A DNA stretch of 31,852 nt, from NCBI GenBank assembly GCA_010093745.1, contig MU005963.1, positions 392,217 to 424,068 of the forward strand. The letters are read 5' to 3'. Made by a program: the position numbers and the translations under genes. Positions 20,921-31,550 of this stretch are shown piece by piece. This DNA comes from Piedraia hortae CBS 480.64 (taxonomy: Eukaryota). The stretch's first letter is position 1. Every line of letters begins with the position of its first letter. A model generated the notes under the pieces. It was not told where the DNA came from, did not search any database, and saw only the letters and a list, made by a program, of their open reading frames with translations.

Positions 20921-21439
20921 GGTTGCTAGAGGTTACGGGCGATAAACACGTGGCCTGGATCAGTTGATAGCGAGTGGAAGGATCACAAAGCCGCTCTGAC
21001 CAAATACTTCTAATTGCGGAGGCCAAAGTCATAGGCGTGGCAGACACCCAAGGGCGGCCCCAAAAAACTAATTCGGGAATGGCACAGAGGAGGGCCCGTG
21101 GTGATCCTGCAATGAAGCTCCGGCAGAAGGCCCCCCCCCTGATGATGTTGACACTTAGTCCCTTAATGGCTCCGATCCCCAAAGCGGGCAAAGGCCAGAC
21201 TTTGACAGCTGCAAGCACTCTCATTACAGATTGAAATGACCTGAGCCACCGCAGGGTTCAGTTTCGCGCTAGACCATACTTGACCACGCTAGGCCGCGCA
21301 CTACCAGCAATGGGCTAACCTGAAGCGGAGCGGCCCGGCCCCGCCACTTTTCGCACTCCACAGTCGCCGCAACCACGTCTGTTCAGCAACCGCCAGCCCA
21401 CGCTTCTCAAACAGATAACATCTAATAAAGTTGGAAATC

Positions 21440-22437
21440 ATGTCTCGCGGCGGCACTACACTCTATGTCACCGGCTTCGGCCACGGCACGCGCGCGCGCG
21501 AACTCGCCTATGAATTCGAGCGGTACGTCACGTAACGGTCCATGATCGATCAAGACGAACTTTCTTCTCCCTCAATTCTCCGAGCACATGGCTGTGCGCC
21601 GCCCTCCTACCGCATCTCCATCGAGCGAGCAAACGGCCGGCGGCTAACCAAATCGCCTTGTCTTTGTCCCCGCGATCCTACACCGACCCCGACCGCTTGT
21701 TCGATGCCCATATCATGATGCGGAAGAGATGTTAACAAGAATACAGCTATGGTCGCCTTGTGCGTTGCGATATCCCGGCTCCTCGCACTGCTACAAGCAG
21801 GCTGTGTGTTTCCCCCGCTCATGTTTTTGCAATAGCTAACATAGCAGCTTTGCCTTTGTGGAATATGAAGATCGTCGGGACGCCGAGGATGCATACTACG
21901 AGGTCCACAATAAGCGCCTGGGTCGTGACCGTGACGATGTGTTGAAAATTGAGGTTGGTCTTTGGCACTCATCCAATCCGCCGGCACTAACCAGTCATAG
22001 TGGGCTCGTACACCGCCATCAGCTAGTTGGAGATTTGATGCTGGCCGTCCCCCGCGACGGGGTGAACGGTCACCGCGTAGTTCCCGACGCTCTCTCTCTC
22101 CGCCTCGGCGAGGACGCTATGACGATGATGATGATCGTCGCGACCGTGACCATGACCGCCGCGATCGAGACAGGGACTACGATCGCCGGGGCAGGGATCG
22201 ACGCGACCGCACTCGCAGCCCTGAGGATCGTGACCGTGAGATGAAGGACAGGGAGCGTGACGACCACGTCCCTCGCGACCGCAGCGACCGAAGTGAAAAG
22301 GATTATGACCGTGATGGAGTTAATGGAAACGATGATAAAGGTAGGCGTTTGCATGAATGGGTACGTCCAGTTTCTGACTTTGTACTGCAGACAACGGTGC
22401 TTCTGGAGCCCATGACGATCTCGACACAGCAGAGTAG
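21440..22437 (+). CDS. srp1: SR-like RRM splicing factor (S. pombe Srp1-like)
   Basis: Exons 21440-21522, 21747-21803, 21848-21953, 22001-22340, 22391-22437 give 633 nt = 210 aa. RRM with RNP2 [16 protein letters not shown] and RNP1 FAFVEY, then [12 protein letters not shown], an RS/RD-rich domain, ending HDDLDTAE. Introns of 224, 44, 47 and 50 nt. Confidence 0.92.
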
Positions 22438-23144
22438 AGATCTGCCCACGATAGTCGCGTAAGTGAATGGTTACGGGCACTATTTCCAACCACAGGAACA
22501 CCTGTAAAAGTGCATTGACTATCTTGTGCTCATACAGTGCCATCTACGTTCGAATGGATTTCGATGGAGAGCACCAGCCCTGGAATCTAACCCGATCGAC
22601 TTCGAACCCTTCGTCTTCGTTGCCTCTCTCCGTTCGCCCTCCTCACCATCATTCCTTTCCCGCCGACGAGTCCCCTAACCGTTACCCCCCCTCGACCGAA
22701 ATCCCTACTCGGCCGCTCTTTAACCCATCCCTGTAAGTCTCCACTAACCTGGCAGCTAAAAATCGAATTCTTTGTGTGACTGGCCGTGTAGTAAATAGTT
22801 GCACACTTGATCCAACGATAAGTTCCTCAACTGCATTCTACATGCAGCGGATATAGAACTAATTGTGCTACCTATTGCAAGTGTCGGAGGAATCGGTGGT
22901 GCAGTAAATACACCTCTTGTTGCTGTCGAGGCCCGCTTTAGAGTACTTGTGCCAAAGGCTCAGATATTCTCAAAGCAGTTTGTCACCTGTGTGCATAGGT
23001 CATTGATAACCAGCCGGAGTTGTTCCGCGAGGAAAGTTCTCCGCAACCAAAATTTATAGTGGTTTGTGAAGCAAGCTGCAAGCAAGCAGAATTCGACCGT
23101 GGCTGAAGTGATTGCAGTCGCACTCTTATAGAATAACATTGGCA

Positions 23145-26033
23145 ATGTCCAAAACAAAACGACCACGCCCCAGTTCTGACGGCGATGGCGATAACCTGCG
23201 TGTGTCGCGGAAGCGGCGTTTAGAACACACGGAATCCGAGGCTCATCTGGCCCAATTGTACAATGACCTCGCCGATGAGATTGAAGAAATCAGATCAAAA
23301 GCCGCCATTGAGCTGGTCAAAACAATATCCACCGCTTCGCCGGAAGATATTGAGAAGTGCCTCATTCGACTGGTCAAGGGTGTTTGCAGTGGCCGTAAAG
23401 CGGCTAGGTTGGGATTTTCCATTGTGCTAACGGAAATTCTCCAAATCGTTTTTGACTTAGGATACAACAGCGGGCTAGAGAATTTTCGTCTTGGCAATGT
23501 GACCGAATTGATTGTCAAATTGACTGAGCCTGAAGGCAGGGCCAGTGGTCAAGAGAGGCGAGATTATTTACATGGCCGTCTCTTCGCCTTTAAGGCTGTG
23601 CTTTGCAGCAATGTAGTGGAGCAAACGCATCTTCATGGGAACGAATGGTTGACGTTTCTGGATGCTGTGTGCGTGCTTGGCAGGAAAAAACCGTGGATTT
23701 GGCTGGAATGCGGCGCCATGCTGTATGAATATATCCCAAAATCAAACGAGGGCCGGATTCCATCGCAAAGCTTGTCGACTCTGGTGGAAGTCCTGCGCAA
23801 AAATTATCTTTTGAAAACCCCAGAAGGAATTGCCATCTGGCTAGCAATATCTGATCGGCGTCCCAATGCGCTGCCCAAAGACATCTGGCATAAAAAAGAT
23901 CCTCTGTCATCCAAGGAACGCCACGAGCTGAGAAAGATTTTGCTCAATTTTTCCTCTGAAAACGTTGACGACAAGCCAAACGGCTCGGGTTATCGTCAGT
24001 CACGGCCCAGCTTTGCATGGCAGATAATTCTTTCTCGCTCATACGGGTCCGAGAAAACGTTCAACAAAGTTTTTAAGGAAGTTGTCAACAACGGCTTGTT
24101 CGCGGACTCATCTTCGGTGGAACGCAAGGCACTCGGATTGCAAGTCGTCGGCATCGCCATTTCGACTGCTCCTGTACACTTTTTACCCCAAATACTCAGC
24201 CCAACAGTAATGGGCGTGATACTCTACCACCGAGCAGACAAGAACAGATATCTTTTTGCTGCATGCAAGTCGCTACTTGACCAAGTCTGTGAGCGAGCCA
24301 AGTCTGATCCTGGCTCATCAGCCACGTTACTTCTGGCATTGCTCAATTGCAGCGCAGCCGACCAACAAACGAAGACCAAGACTGTGGAAAACATCATCAT
24401 GGCTGCTGAATCGACAATCCTGCGAGAAACGGTACCAATGATTCTTGTTCTCATAGCCCGTCCAGACGAGTCCGAGGAGCGTCAGATTGAGAACAACCGC
24501 CGCCATTCCGCTGATGCGCTTCTCTGCATTGTCCGCACCCACCGTCAACCTGAGCAACTCTTCCGGGGTACCCAACCCAGAGAGTGGCTCACTGCTCTCA
24601 TTTCTGGCCTCATCCGCTCAGGTTATTTTGCATCCGCTGCCGAAGCCGATTCGACCCCTCTGACTGATTCCACACGTAACATGTTCCGCTCCCGATTGAC
24701 ATCTTGCCTAAGCCTTCTCTCCGACTTGCCCACAACCCAATCGATGGCAATCTTCGATTTTGTCGTAAACACGATGAAAGAGTCCCACAAAGAGCTCCAC
24801 GAGCCTCTGGGCAAGGAAGCACGAGAAGCGATCAGCTCCGCCCATGCAGCGCGCCAATCCATGGTTCACACCGCCAGCGCGGCACAATATGCCCACCGAA
24901 TGCTTCTGAATCTGTCCATCCTGCAAGTCTACAACAAGGAGCCTGATGCAGTGGACGTGCTCTCGGATGTTGTGGCAGGATGTTCCTCGCACTCCCACGA
25001 CGGGAACGAAATTGAGGGCGACGTGTCGACTTTGCTGGTCGAGCTTGTCCTAAGCTTTGTGTCCAAACCGTCAAAGCTCTTCCGCAGGCTCTCTGAGCAA
25101 GTCTTTTCCGCGTTTGCAAGCGAGCTTACTGAAGAGGGACTGCAGTCGCTGGTAGAGGTATTGCTCCAAAAGGAAAGCATAAAAGGACAACAGGAGTTGT
25201 TTGAACACCGTGACGAAGATGACGACGGTGTAGAGGTCATTGACGGTGCGAATTCGATTGTTGAGAACAACGTTAGCGACTCCAACGGCGAATCCTCCAC
25301 AGGTTCGAACGAAATAGAAGCTTTCAACGCAAAATTCGCTTCTATCCAGCGCTCTGCGTCCCCTTCCTCAGGGAGCTCCACATCAACGGTCCGCTCACGC
25401 TCCATCTCGCCCAGTGCCATGGAAGCCCACGATAACGCCATAATCGCCCACTTGCGCGCCAGCGGCGCTTCAACACAAACCAAGAACAGTAAACCAAACA
25501 AGAACACAAACAAGAAAACTGCCGCAGACGCCAAGGCGAATATGATAAACTTCAAAAACCGTGTCCTAGACCTCTTGGCAATTTTCGTGAAGCAAGAGCA
25601 CGCCAACGTGCTCGGTCTTGACCTCATTCTGCCCTTGGTGCAGATGATCAGAGAAACTGGCAGCAAACCCACAGCGGAAAGGGGGTTTGCGCTGCTAAAG
25701 TCCTTGCCTGATACTTGTGCGAGGTACAAGGCGTACCCTTCGCTCACCGCTCCGGGAGAGGTGGAGCGGTGCTTTGCTCTCATTGCTTCCATCTACGCTG
25801 AACTGAAGAAAGGAGGGTCGAAAATGCATGCCGCGGCGTGTACGAAGGCAACTTGTTTCATTGCAAAGGTTCTTATTCACCACGACGATGCAGAGGGGAA
25901 GCTGTTTGAAAAGCTGGCTGTGGAGCATGCGAGGTTTCAAAGTGAGTGGTTCAGGAATCCGAAATCTAGGATTCCCAGGACTTTCTTTACCGAGTGGGTA
26001 GGCTGGGTTGTTGGTGTTAGAAAGGGTAATTGA
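23145..26033 (+). CDS. POL5: Pol5/MYBBP1A nucleolar ribosome-biogenesis protein (DNA polymerase phi family)
   Basis: Intronless, about 962 aa from ATG 23145: basic NLS-like start, RLVKGVCSGRKAARLGFSIVLTE, ERRDYLHGRLF, KTPEGIAIW, LVELVLSFVSKPSKLFR, NFKNRVLDLL. Confidence 0.9.
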   Translation: MSKTKRPRPSSDGDGDNLRVSRKRRLEHTESEAHLAQLYNDLADEIEEIRSKAAIELVKTISTASPEDIEKCLIRLVKGVCSGRKAARLGFSIVLTEILQIVFDLGYNSGLENFRLGNVTELIVKLTEPEGRASGQERRDYLHGRLFAFKAVLCSNVVEQTHLHGNEWLTFLDAVCVLGRKKPWIWLECGAMLYEYIPKSNEGRIPSQSLSTLVEVLRKNYLLKTPEGIAIWLAISDRRPNALPKDIWHKKDPLSSKERHELRKILLNFSSENVDDKPNGSGYRQSRPSFAWQIILSRSYGSEKTFNKVFKEVVNNGLFADSSSVERKALGLQVVGIAISTAPVHFLPQILSPTVMGVILYHRADKNRYLFAACKSLLDQVCERAKSDPGSSATLLLALLNCSAADQQTKTKTVENIIMAAESTILRETVPMILVLIARPDESEERQIENNRRHSADALLCIVRTHRQPEQLFRGTQPREWLTALISGLIRSGYFASAAEADSTPLTDSTRNMFRSRLTSCLSLLSDLPTTQSMAIFDFVVNTMKESHKELHEPLGKEAREAISSAHAARQSMVHTASAAQYAHRMLLNLSILQVYNKEPDAVDVLSDVVAGCSSHSHDGNEIEGDVSTLLVELVLSFVSKPSKLFRRLSEQVFSAFASELTEEGLQSLVEVLLQKESIKGQQELFEHRDEDDDGVEVIDGANSIVENNVSDSNGESSTGSNEIEAFNAKFASIQRSASPSSGSSTSTVRSRSISPSAMEAHDNAIIAHLRASGASTQTKNSKPNKNTNKKTAADAKANMINFKNRVLDLLAIFVKQEHANVLGLDLILPLVQMIRETGSKPTAERGFALLKSLPDTCARYKAYPSLTAPGEVERCFALIASIYAELKKGGSKMHAAACTKATCFIAKVLIHHDDAEGKLFEKLAVEHARFQSEWFRNPKSRIPRTFFTEWVGWVVGVRKGN

Positions 26034-26121
26034 ATCGTTTGCTGTGGAGGCTCCTCCGTGTCTCATATTCATGTTCACGAGCTACACTATCAAAAACACG
26101 TTTCATAGGTCTAGGTCGTAT

Positions 26122-26730
26122 CTACGCAGACCTCACCTGATTCAACTCCGACTCGTCGATTTTGCGCAACTTGTGCAGCTGCGGGGTTTCACCAGTCGCA
26201 ACGCCCTTGGCAAGATCGATGGCTCCACCGATAATGCTCTTGCTTGATACAGCGTACTGAATGGACTTGGAGTTGACCTCGATAGTAACAATGCGAGGGT
26301 CGTCTGGACCTCCGTCGTGCTTTCCGTCACCCAAATCACCGATCCACGCCTTCAGGCTGGGAGAGTAATACTTGCGAATCTTCTCGCGATCGGAAATCAC
26401 TACAGCAAGGCCAGAGATGGAGGCCCACTCGCCCGACGAGTTGAGGAAGCCAAGGTTGACTTCTGAGTGGGCGTTCAGGTCGTCCGTCTTGCCAGACTCA
26501 CTGTTGGCGTGGAAAATGTAGTCGACGCCGTTGCCTTCCTTGGCAGCCAGGGCCATACAGCGGCTGACTAGCTGCCCGTTGGCAGTGCGAGTGGTCATCA
26601 TGCAGAATTTGCACTTGTCAACAAACTTGACCAGATCATCAATCTTCTCCTTGAGCGGCGGCTCCTGGAGATTCTTGGCCGTGTAGGGGTCGGCGGGTTG
26701 GTTGCCCGTGTTGGTATTGCTATAAGACAT
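26122..26730 (-). CDS. bli-3: Blue-light/stress-inducible Bli-3 (FMN-binding split barrel, general stress protein 26-like)
   Basis: 202 aa: SNTNTGNQPADPYTAKN, KFCMMTT, LVSRCMALAAKE, SGKTDDL, WIGDLGDGKHDGGPDDPRI. Confidence 0.9.
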   Translation of the reverse strand: MSYSNTNTGNQPADPYTAKNLQEPPLKEKIDDLVKFVDKCKFCMMTTRTANGQLVSRCMALAAKEGNGVDYIFHANSESGKTDDLNAHSEVNLGFLNSSGEWASISGLAVVISDREKIRKYYSPSLKAWIGDLGDGKHDGGPDDPRIVTIEVNSKSIQYAVSSKSIIGGAIDLAKGVATGETPQLHKLRKIDESELNQVRSA

Positions 26731-26817
26731 GACGAACTGGGTGGCGAGAAGAGAGAGAGGTTTGAAGGTGAAGGAGTGGAGGGTGGAGGGATGGAGGGGT
26801 AGAATATTTTTACATCG

Positions 26818-26843
26818 ATGACGTTAGAGCCCCGCAACGTCAT
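26818..26843. promoter_or_regulatory. Inverted pair of CRE/ATF-like sites upstream of bli-3
   Basis: ATGACGTT (26818-26825), 10-bp spacer, AACGTCAT (26836-26843); 88-113 bp upstream of the bli-3 ATG. Confidence 0.55.
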
Positions 26844-26911
26844 ATGCCGGCACAAGTTAGCCATCCGGAATCCAATGCCGAAACGCCCGTTACATGAAGC
26901 TATTGAACACC

Positions 26912-28909
26912 TCAATCGATCTTGAGAGAACTGTAGATGCGGTAAACGAAGAACCAGCTGGCGAAGAACCCGATTGAGCCTGACACATTAGCTTTGACGC
27001 TCCCAGTTGCCAGACAACACTCACCACTGAGCAGGAACCACAGAAGACTTATCAGCAGACTATAACCCAGATAGAGCAGCCCCCCTGTAAACGAGCTGAA
27101 ACTCAGCATGCTTGCCCAATACATAAGGCTGTAGGCGAGAACGTAAATAGCGCTGGCTCCGCTGCTGGCAAATGCCCGCCATTGCCAATGATAATTCTCG
27201 GCGCATAGCAAAAAGTAGATCAACAAGATCGTGACTGTCGCAGACGTGACAATCAGCAACCCAAAGCTGAGGAACAGGAATCCAAACATGTAGTAGACCC
27301 TGTTGCTCCACAGAGAATTGAGGATAAAGTACAGCTCCACAAATATGGCGGCGAACGGAAGGGCGCCGATAAGAAGCATGCTTGGAACGAGCCGGAGATG
27401 GCCCTTTGCCGGTGGAATCTGACGTGGAATCTGGTTTGTCCGCACTGGAGGCGGCTGTTGGGGTCGCCTGAATCCCATCCATGAGCCGGCTGTGCTCAGT
27501 GGGACCGATATGATGAACCAGATTCCAACCACAACGAGCATTGTGGTGAACGGTACAGCACCGCTGCTCCCCCTCGCCCAGACAAAGAGGTTCAGCAGGA
27601 AAAACGCGCCAAACACTGCAGCCGGGACGGCCACGGGGGTCAGGATGAAAAGCTGCTTCCATCTGGTGCCGTTGAACGATTTGTAGACTCGCGAGCTAGT
27701 ATATCCGCCAATGTAGCCGAGAAAGGTGTACAGCATGATCATGGCGGTTGCCAGACTGCCGCGGTTGGACGGACTAAGAAAGCCAACAACGGAGAAGGCG
27801 ATGGTGAATCCGGCCATGACAAGAAGCTGGACGCCATTGCCGACCATGACAGACAGGGCCAGGCTGTGCTTTGGCGGCCGGAAAACATCGCCATGCACCA
27901 GTTTCCAGCCAGAATCTTCGAGGACGCCATCCTCGACGTCATCGCCACCGCCATAGTCATCGAGCCCAAGCTGATCCAGGCGGTTGTAGCGTTTGATATC
28001 TTTCCGCAGTGTCCGCACCAAAACACCCGAAGCCATGCTCATGAGAAATACAACCGCAAGAGCGCTGAAGATGAGTGAGAACCAGTGGATCTTGGGATCG
28101 AAGACGTGTAGAATTTTGTCCCATCGCGTCGCAAACGACGTGCTCGACGGTCGCCAATAGACGCTATATGTCCACGTCACCCGCGTCTGAGCCTCTTCGT
28201 CGAGAAGCTGAGGCACTGCGGCACTGCCACAATCTGCCGTCATGTCATCGCCTTTTCCCGTGCGATGCGACGAGCTCCGCGACTCTGGCTCTACCAGGAT
28301 CCCCACCACACGGTACTCATCCTTCCTCGGCTGGTGATAATCCAGCAAGATGTTGTAGTGGTTGTTCAGCTGTGGCACTCCTTCCACGACGTTCCCCAGA
28401 GGAAAGCCTGACTGATAGAACTCTTCATTGGACGTGGGATCCTGGAACCTCTGGCCTGCTGGCAGCCCGTCGACCAACCAATTCAAGTTGTAGGCCTGGA
28501 GTATTCGCCTATTGGTGAATTTCGCATCTCGGGGTTCGAAGACCACCTCGTCACACACGGCCCTACATGTCTCGTTCTTGGCCATGTGTATCTGGAAGGG
28601 CGACGTCTGGATGCGGTCCCCAAACAAAATGCTTCCCAGCGACTCAGAAATGTGCTTCGGCCCACCTGGAGGCGTGCAGAAATGGAAGGCAGTGTGATAG
28701 TAGTCGAAGCTGAAGACCGAATGTACATGGGAGCTGTGCTCAGACTGCGCGGGCGTAAGGTGGTTCACATTAAGCTGGACCAAGTCGCCGGCTTTGTAGT
28801 TTGTGGGAGTGATGCCAGGCAGGTAAAAAGCACTGGCGAGTTCACTACAACACAGTACAAAGGCTGCAAACCCGGCGGTAAGCCGGTACGGACGCCTGGA
28901 CATGTCCAT
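26912..28909 (-). CDS. EMP70: Endomembrane protein 70 / TM9SF nonaspanin
   Basis: Signal peptide plus AFYLPG, SESLGSILFGDRI, WLVDGLP, IHWFS, DSGWKLVHGDVFRPP, nine hydrophobic segments, C-terminal KID. Predicted 45-nt intron 27024-26980 (GTGAGT..GCTAAT..CAG). Start could be 28903. Confidence 0.95.
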   Translation of the reverse strand: MDMSRRPYRLTAGFAAFVLCCSELASAFYLPGITPTNYKAGDLVQLNVNHLTPAQSEHSSHVHSVFSFDYYHTAFHFCTPPGGPKHISESLGSILFGDRIQTSPFQIHMAKNETCRAVCDEVVFEPRDAKFTNRRILQAYNLNWLVDGLPAGQRFQDPTSNEEFYQSGFPLGNVVEGVPQLNNHYNILLDYHQPRKDEYRVVGILVEPESRSSSHRTGKGDDMTADCGSAAVPQLLDEEAQTRVTWTYSVYWRPSSTSFATRWDKILHVFDPKIHWFSLIFSALAVVFLMSMASGVLVRTLRKDIKRYNRLDQLGLDDYGGGDDVEDGVLEDSGWKLVHGDVFRPPKHSLALSVMVGNGVQLLVMAGFTIAFSVVGFLSPSNRGSLATAMIMLYTFLGYIGGYTSSRVYKSFNGTRWKQLFILTPVAVPAAVFGAFFLLNLFVWARGSSGAVPFTTMLVVVGIWFIISVPLSTAGSWMGFRRPQQPPPVRTNQIPRQIPPAKGHLRLVPSMLLIGALPFAAIFVELYFILNSLWSNRVYYMFGFLFLSFGLLIVTSATVTILLIYFLLCAENYHWQWRAFASSGASAIYVLAYSLMYWASMLSFSSFTGGLLYLGYSLLISLLWFLLSGECCLATGSVKANVSGSIGFFASWFFVYRIYSSLKID

Positions 28910-29539
28910 GTAGGAAGCTCAGCCGTCGGTTTAGCGGCGGGAAGATCCCATGCACGAGCCACCTTCTCCACCCTTGGGTAGGATTGTCACAAGGGTCTGA
29001 GCAAACCTTCCGACGGACCTTTAATGCTACATGAGGTCACGATTGAGTTACAAAATTTCTGAAAGTCTCTTGGCGGTGTGGCATTTGCAAAAACCGAACA
29101 GTTGGAACTTTAACCATTTGCACTCACTCTTACAGTACTTCACAAACGTTCTGTGCGACTTCGACAACCTATTCTTTTACCAATGTAGGATCCGTACTTG
29201 GACCACGATATGAGCCCAAACATGGCACAGGGGCTCGGTATTCATCAACTTACGTTACGCACAGTTTGAGACACGCTGAGCACTCTGACAACCAACCTTA
29301 TGTAGCCCAGACATGACCGGGCGAAATGAGGTGTGAGAGAGGGCCGATGTTCTACATCAGTTGTTTGTGATCGTCCCCAATCACGCATGTCGACCTCGCA
29401 GGAGCCATATTGTAGGACTCCAGCTTGCAGAGGTGCGGCGATTGATTGTGGCCTCGGCCTACGGCATATGGTCATCGTAGCACAGCACGCTCATCTTGAT
29501 CCTGCGCAGGAAGCTTACACACTATACACTCCGAAGAGC

Positions 29540-31423
29540 TCACCTCGCTTCCCCATTTATTCTTCTTAGAATTTCCGCAAGATCAGGCGGTTGTTGCTGC
29601 TGATTAGCGTCGTTGTTCGGCTGCTCGGGCGGCTGTGCCGACCATGTTGCTTGCGCCTGCTGTGGAAGCGCTGTCCAGCCTCCATAGACTTGTTGTTGCT
29701 GAGCGGCAGCTAGCTGTTGATATTGCAGCTGTGACCATAGTTGAGGAGTGTATTGTTGGTTCTGAAAGAATCCAGGATTGATATAAGCACCAGGAGGCGG
29801 CTGGGCCGGAAGGGGCTGGTTAAACGGATGTGGGAAGTCGTTTGTTGTATGAGCTGATCCTTGCGGCAACGCATGAAGTTGTTGCGCTAGAAAACTGGTG
29901 GGAGCAGGTTGATGCGCCGGTGCCGTGGATGCTGCTGCTGGCTGGTTCCACGCCGACTCTACGCGCTGCGACGAAGGACGCTGCTGCTGGCCGCCTCTCC
30001 ACACCTTGTTATGTCGGTCTGGAAAGGACTGGGCTGGCCGCTGATGCTGTCTACCTGCTTGGCCTGCACCGCCCCCATGATTGCGCCCCCGATTGCCCCA
30101 GCGCCCTCTTCCGCGGCCGCGGTCAGGCTTCGAGCTGCCCGCAGCCATCAGCTCGCTGAGGTTATCGGGTCGTTTGAGGGGCCGATAGAACTCATCGGGC
30201 TCATCGTCGTCTTGTGGTAGGTTAGCTTCGCTCTTCTTCTGTGACACAAATGGCCGTCCCTTTGACGTTGAAGGGCTGCCCTCTTGCCCTTCGCCTTTTG
30301 CAGCCTTTCTTGCCAGCTTCTGCATCCGCCTAAATCTTGTCTCGGCCTCATCATCCGAAAACTCCATTTCATCTGCATCCGCCTCCTCGTTATACTTATT
30401 AGACGCGTCTGTACCCTTTTGGTTGTGCAGCGGCTGGGTGAAGACAAAGGTGCTGTGCTGGTCAACGTAGTAGACAGTAGTTCCGGATATCAATGCAGCG
30501 TCTTCAATCTCCTTTTTATTGTTAAACACCACGCTGTACATTGGCTCTTGGACCCGTCCCAAGGTTTCAGCAACAACTCCAACAGGCTTGCGATGTTCGT
30601 TGCACAGAACAGATCCAGATTCGAGTACCTGGTACTCACCGGAGACTGTACCTTTGATAAGAATCAGGTTCTCTATTATACTTTGAACGGTCCCCAGTGC
30701 GGTGATCTTCATATCTTCCGTAATGATAATATCAGGTTTGACGGGCTCTTCAATGTTCTCGTGAGCCGTTCTGGGGCCGTCATGGAGACTGAACTGATGA
30801 AGTTCATCGCCTTCGTTCTCCATGAGCATTTTGGCAGCTGTTAGAGGATCCAACATCTCATAGCTGGATCCACTTGATTCGTCAGAGGAAGATGACTCTG
30901 CAGCAGAAGAATCAAACTCCCACTCTGCATCAGGTTGTTCTTTCTGAGCAGTCTCTGCAGCCACGGGTTTTACATGGTCGGCGACTCTGAGGATGTCTGA
31001 CTTAGCCGCTACGGTTTGGGTCTTATCCTTCGATATCTTGATTCCGGGAACTGACGCGCCCAGCCCCGGCGCAATTCCGGTCTTGTCATGTTCCTCAATA
31101 TCGCTGCCTTCAACTCTCGAGATGGTAGGACTTTCTTTTGCCGCGGCAGCTACCAAGCTTGGCTCCTTAGCATCCGCCGAGTAGGGCTCTCCGCTCGTAT
31201 CGTTGATTTCCCCGTCCACTTTGTCGTTTCCATTCCCCATGGTTTCATCTTCCTGAGCCTTGGTCATCCCATAGATTTCGTTCCACGCTTCTTCATCATC
31301 ATCAATATAGTCGTCCTCCGCGATCCCACTCATAACGCAATGGCCATCGACTTTGGGTCTCTTGGCTGGTCTATCGCCTTCCAGTATCTCCCCATCTTGC
31401 GTTCTGTCATGTGCTGCTGTCAT
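29540..31423 (-). CDS. NAF1: H/ACA RNP assembly factor Naf1
   Basis: 627 aa: acidic/Ser-rich N-terminus, Gar1/Naf1 domain (LGTVQSIIEN..GEYQVLESGSVLC..ETLGRVQEPMYSV..YVDQHSTFVFT..KGTDASNKYNEE..EMEFSDDEAE), RG patch, Pro/Gln-rich tail ending LAEILRRI. Confidence 0.92.
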   Translation of the reverse strand: MTAAHDRTQDGEILEGDRPAKRPKVDGHCVMSGIAEDDYIDDDEEAWNEIYGMTKAQEDETMGNGNDKVDGEINDTSGEPYSADAKEPSLVAAAAKESPTISRVEGSDIEEHDKTGIAPGLGASVPGIKISKDKTQTVAAKSDILRVADHVKPVAAETAQKEQPDAEWEFDSSAAESSSSDESSGSSYEMLDPLTAAKMLMENEGDELHQFSLHDGPRTAHENIEEPVKPDIIITEDMKITALGTVQSIIENLILIKGTVSGEYQVLESGSVLCNEHRKPVGVVAETLGRVQEPMYSVVFNNKKEIEDAALISGTTVYYVDQHSTFVFTQPLHNQKGTDASNKYNEEADADEMEFSDDEAETRFRRMQKLARKAAKGEGQEGSPSTSKGRPFVSQKKSEANLPQDDDEPDEFYRPLKRPDNLSELMAAGSSKPDRGRGRGRWGNRGRNHGGGAGQAGRQHQRPAQSFPDRHNKVWRGGQQQRPSSQRVESAWNQPAAASTAPAHQPAPTSFLAQQLHALPQGSAHTTNDFPHPFNQPLPAQPPPGAYINPGFFQNQQYTPQLWSQLQYQQLAAAQQQQVYGGWTALPQQAQATWSAQPPEQPNNDANQQQQPPDLAEILRRINGEAR

Positions 31424-31550
31424 GGCTAGACTGTTGTTGAGATGTATCTAGAGTGTGAGAACAAACAGGCTCGAAGTGAGATCGAGGTTCGGCCCGTGCC
31501 ACAAGCGCCCGTTGTAAATTCAGATAATGACATGTGATCCGAAACGTTTG

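Noticed and set aside
21140..21244. TGATGA...CTGA spaced about 100 nt, possible box C/D snoRNA
   Set aside because: No adjacent terminal stem and no rRNA complementarity recognised; lies in a divergent promoter.
18894..25792. Long antisense ORFs (for example 18894-19733 and 24929-25792)
   Set aside because: Shadows of GC-rich coding strands with no recognisable domains.
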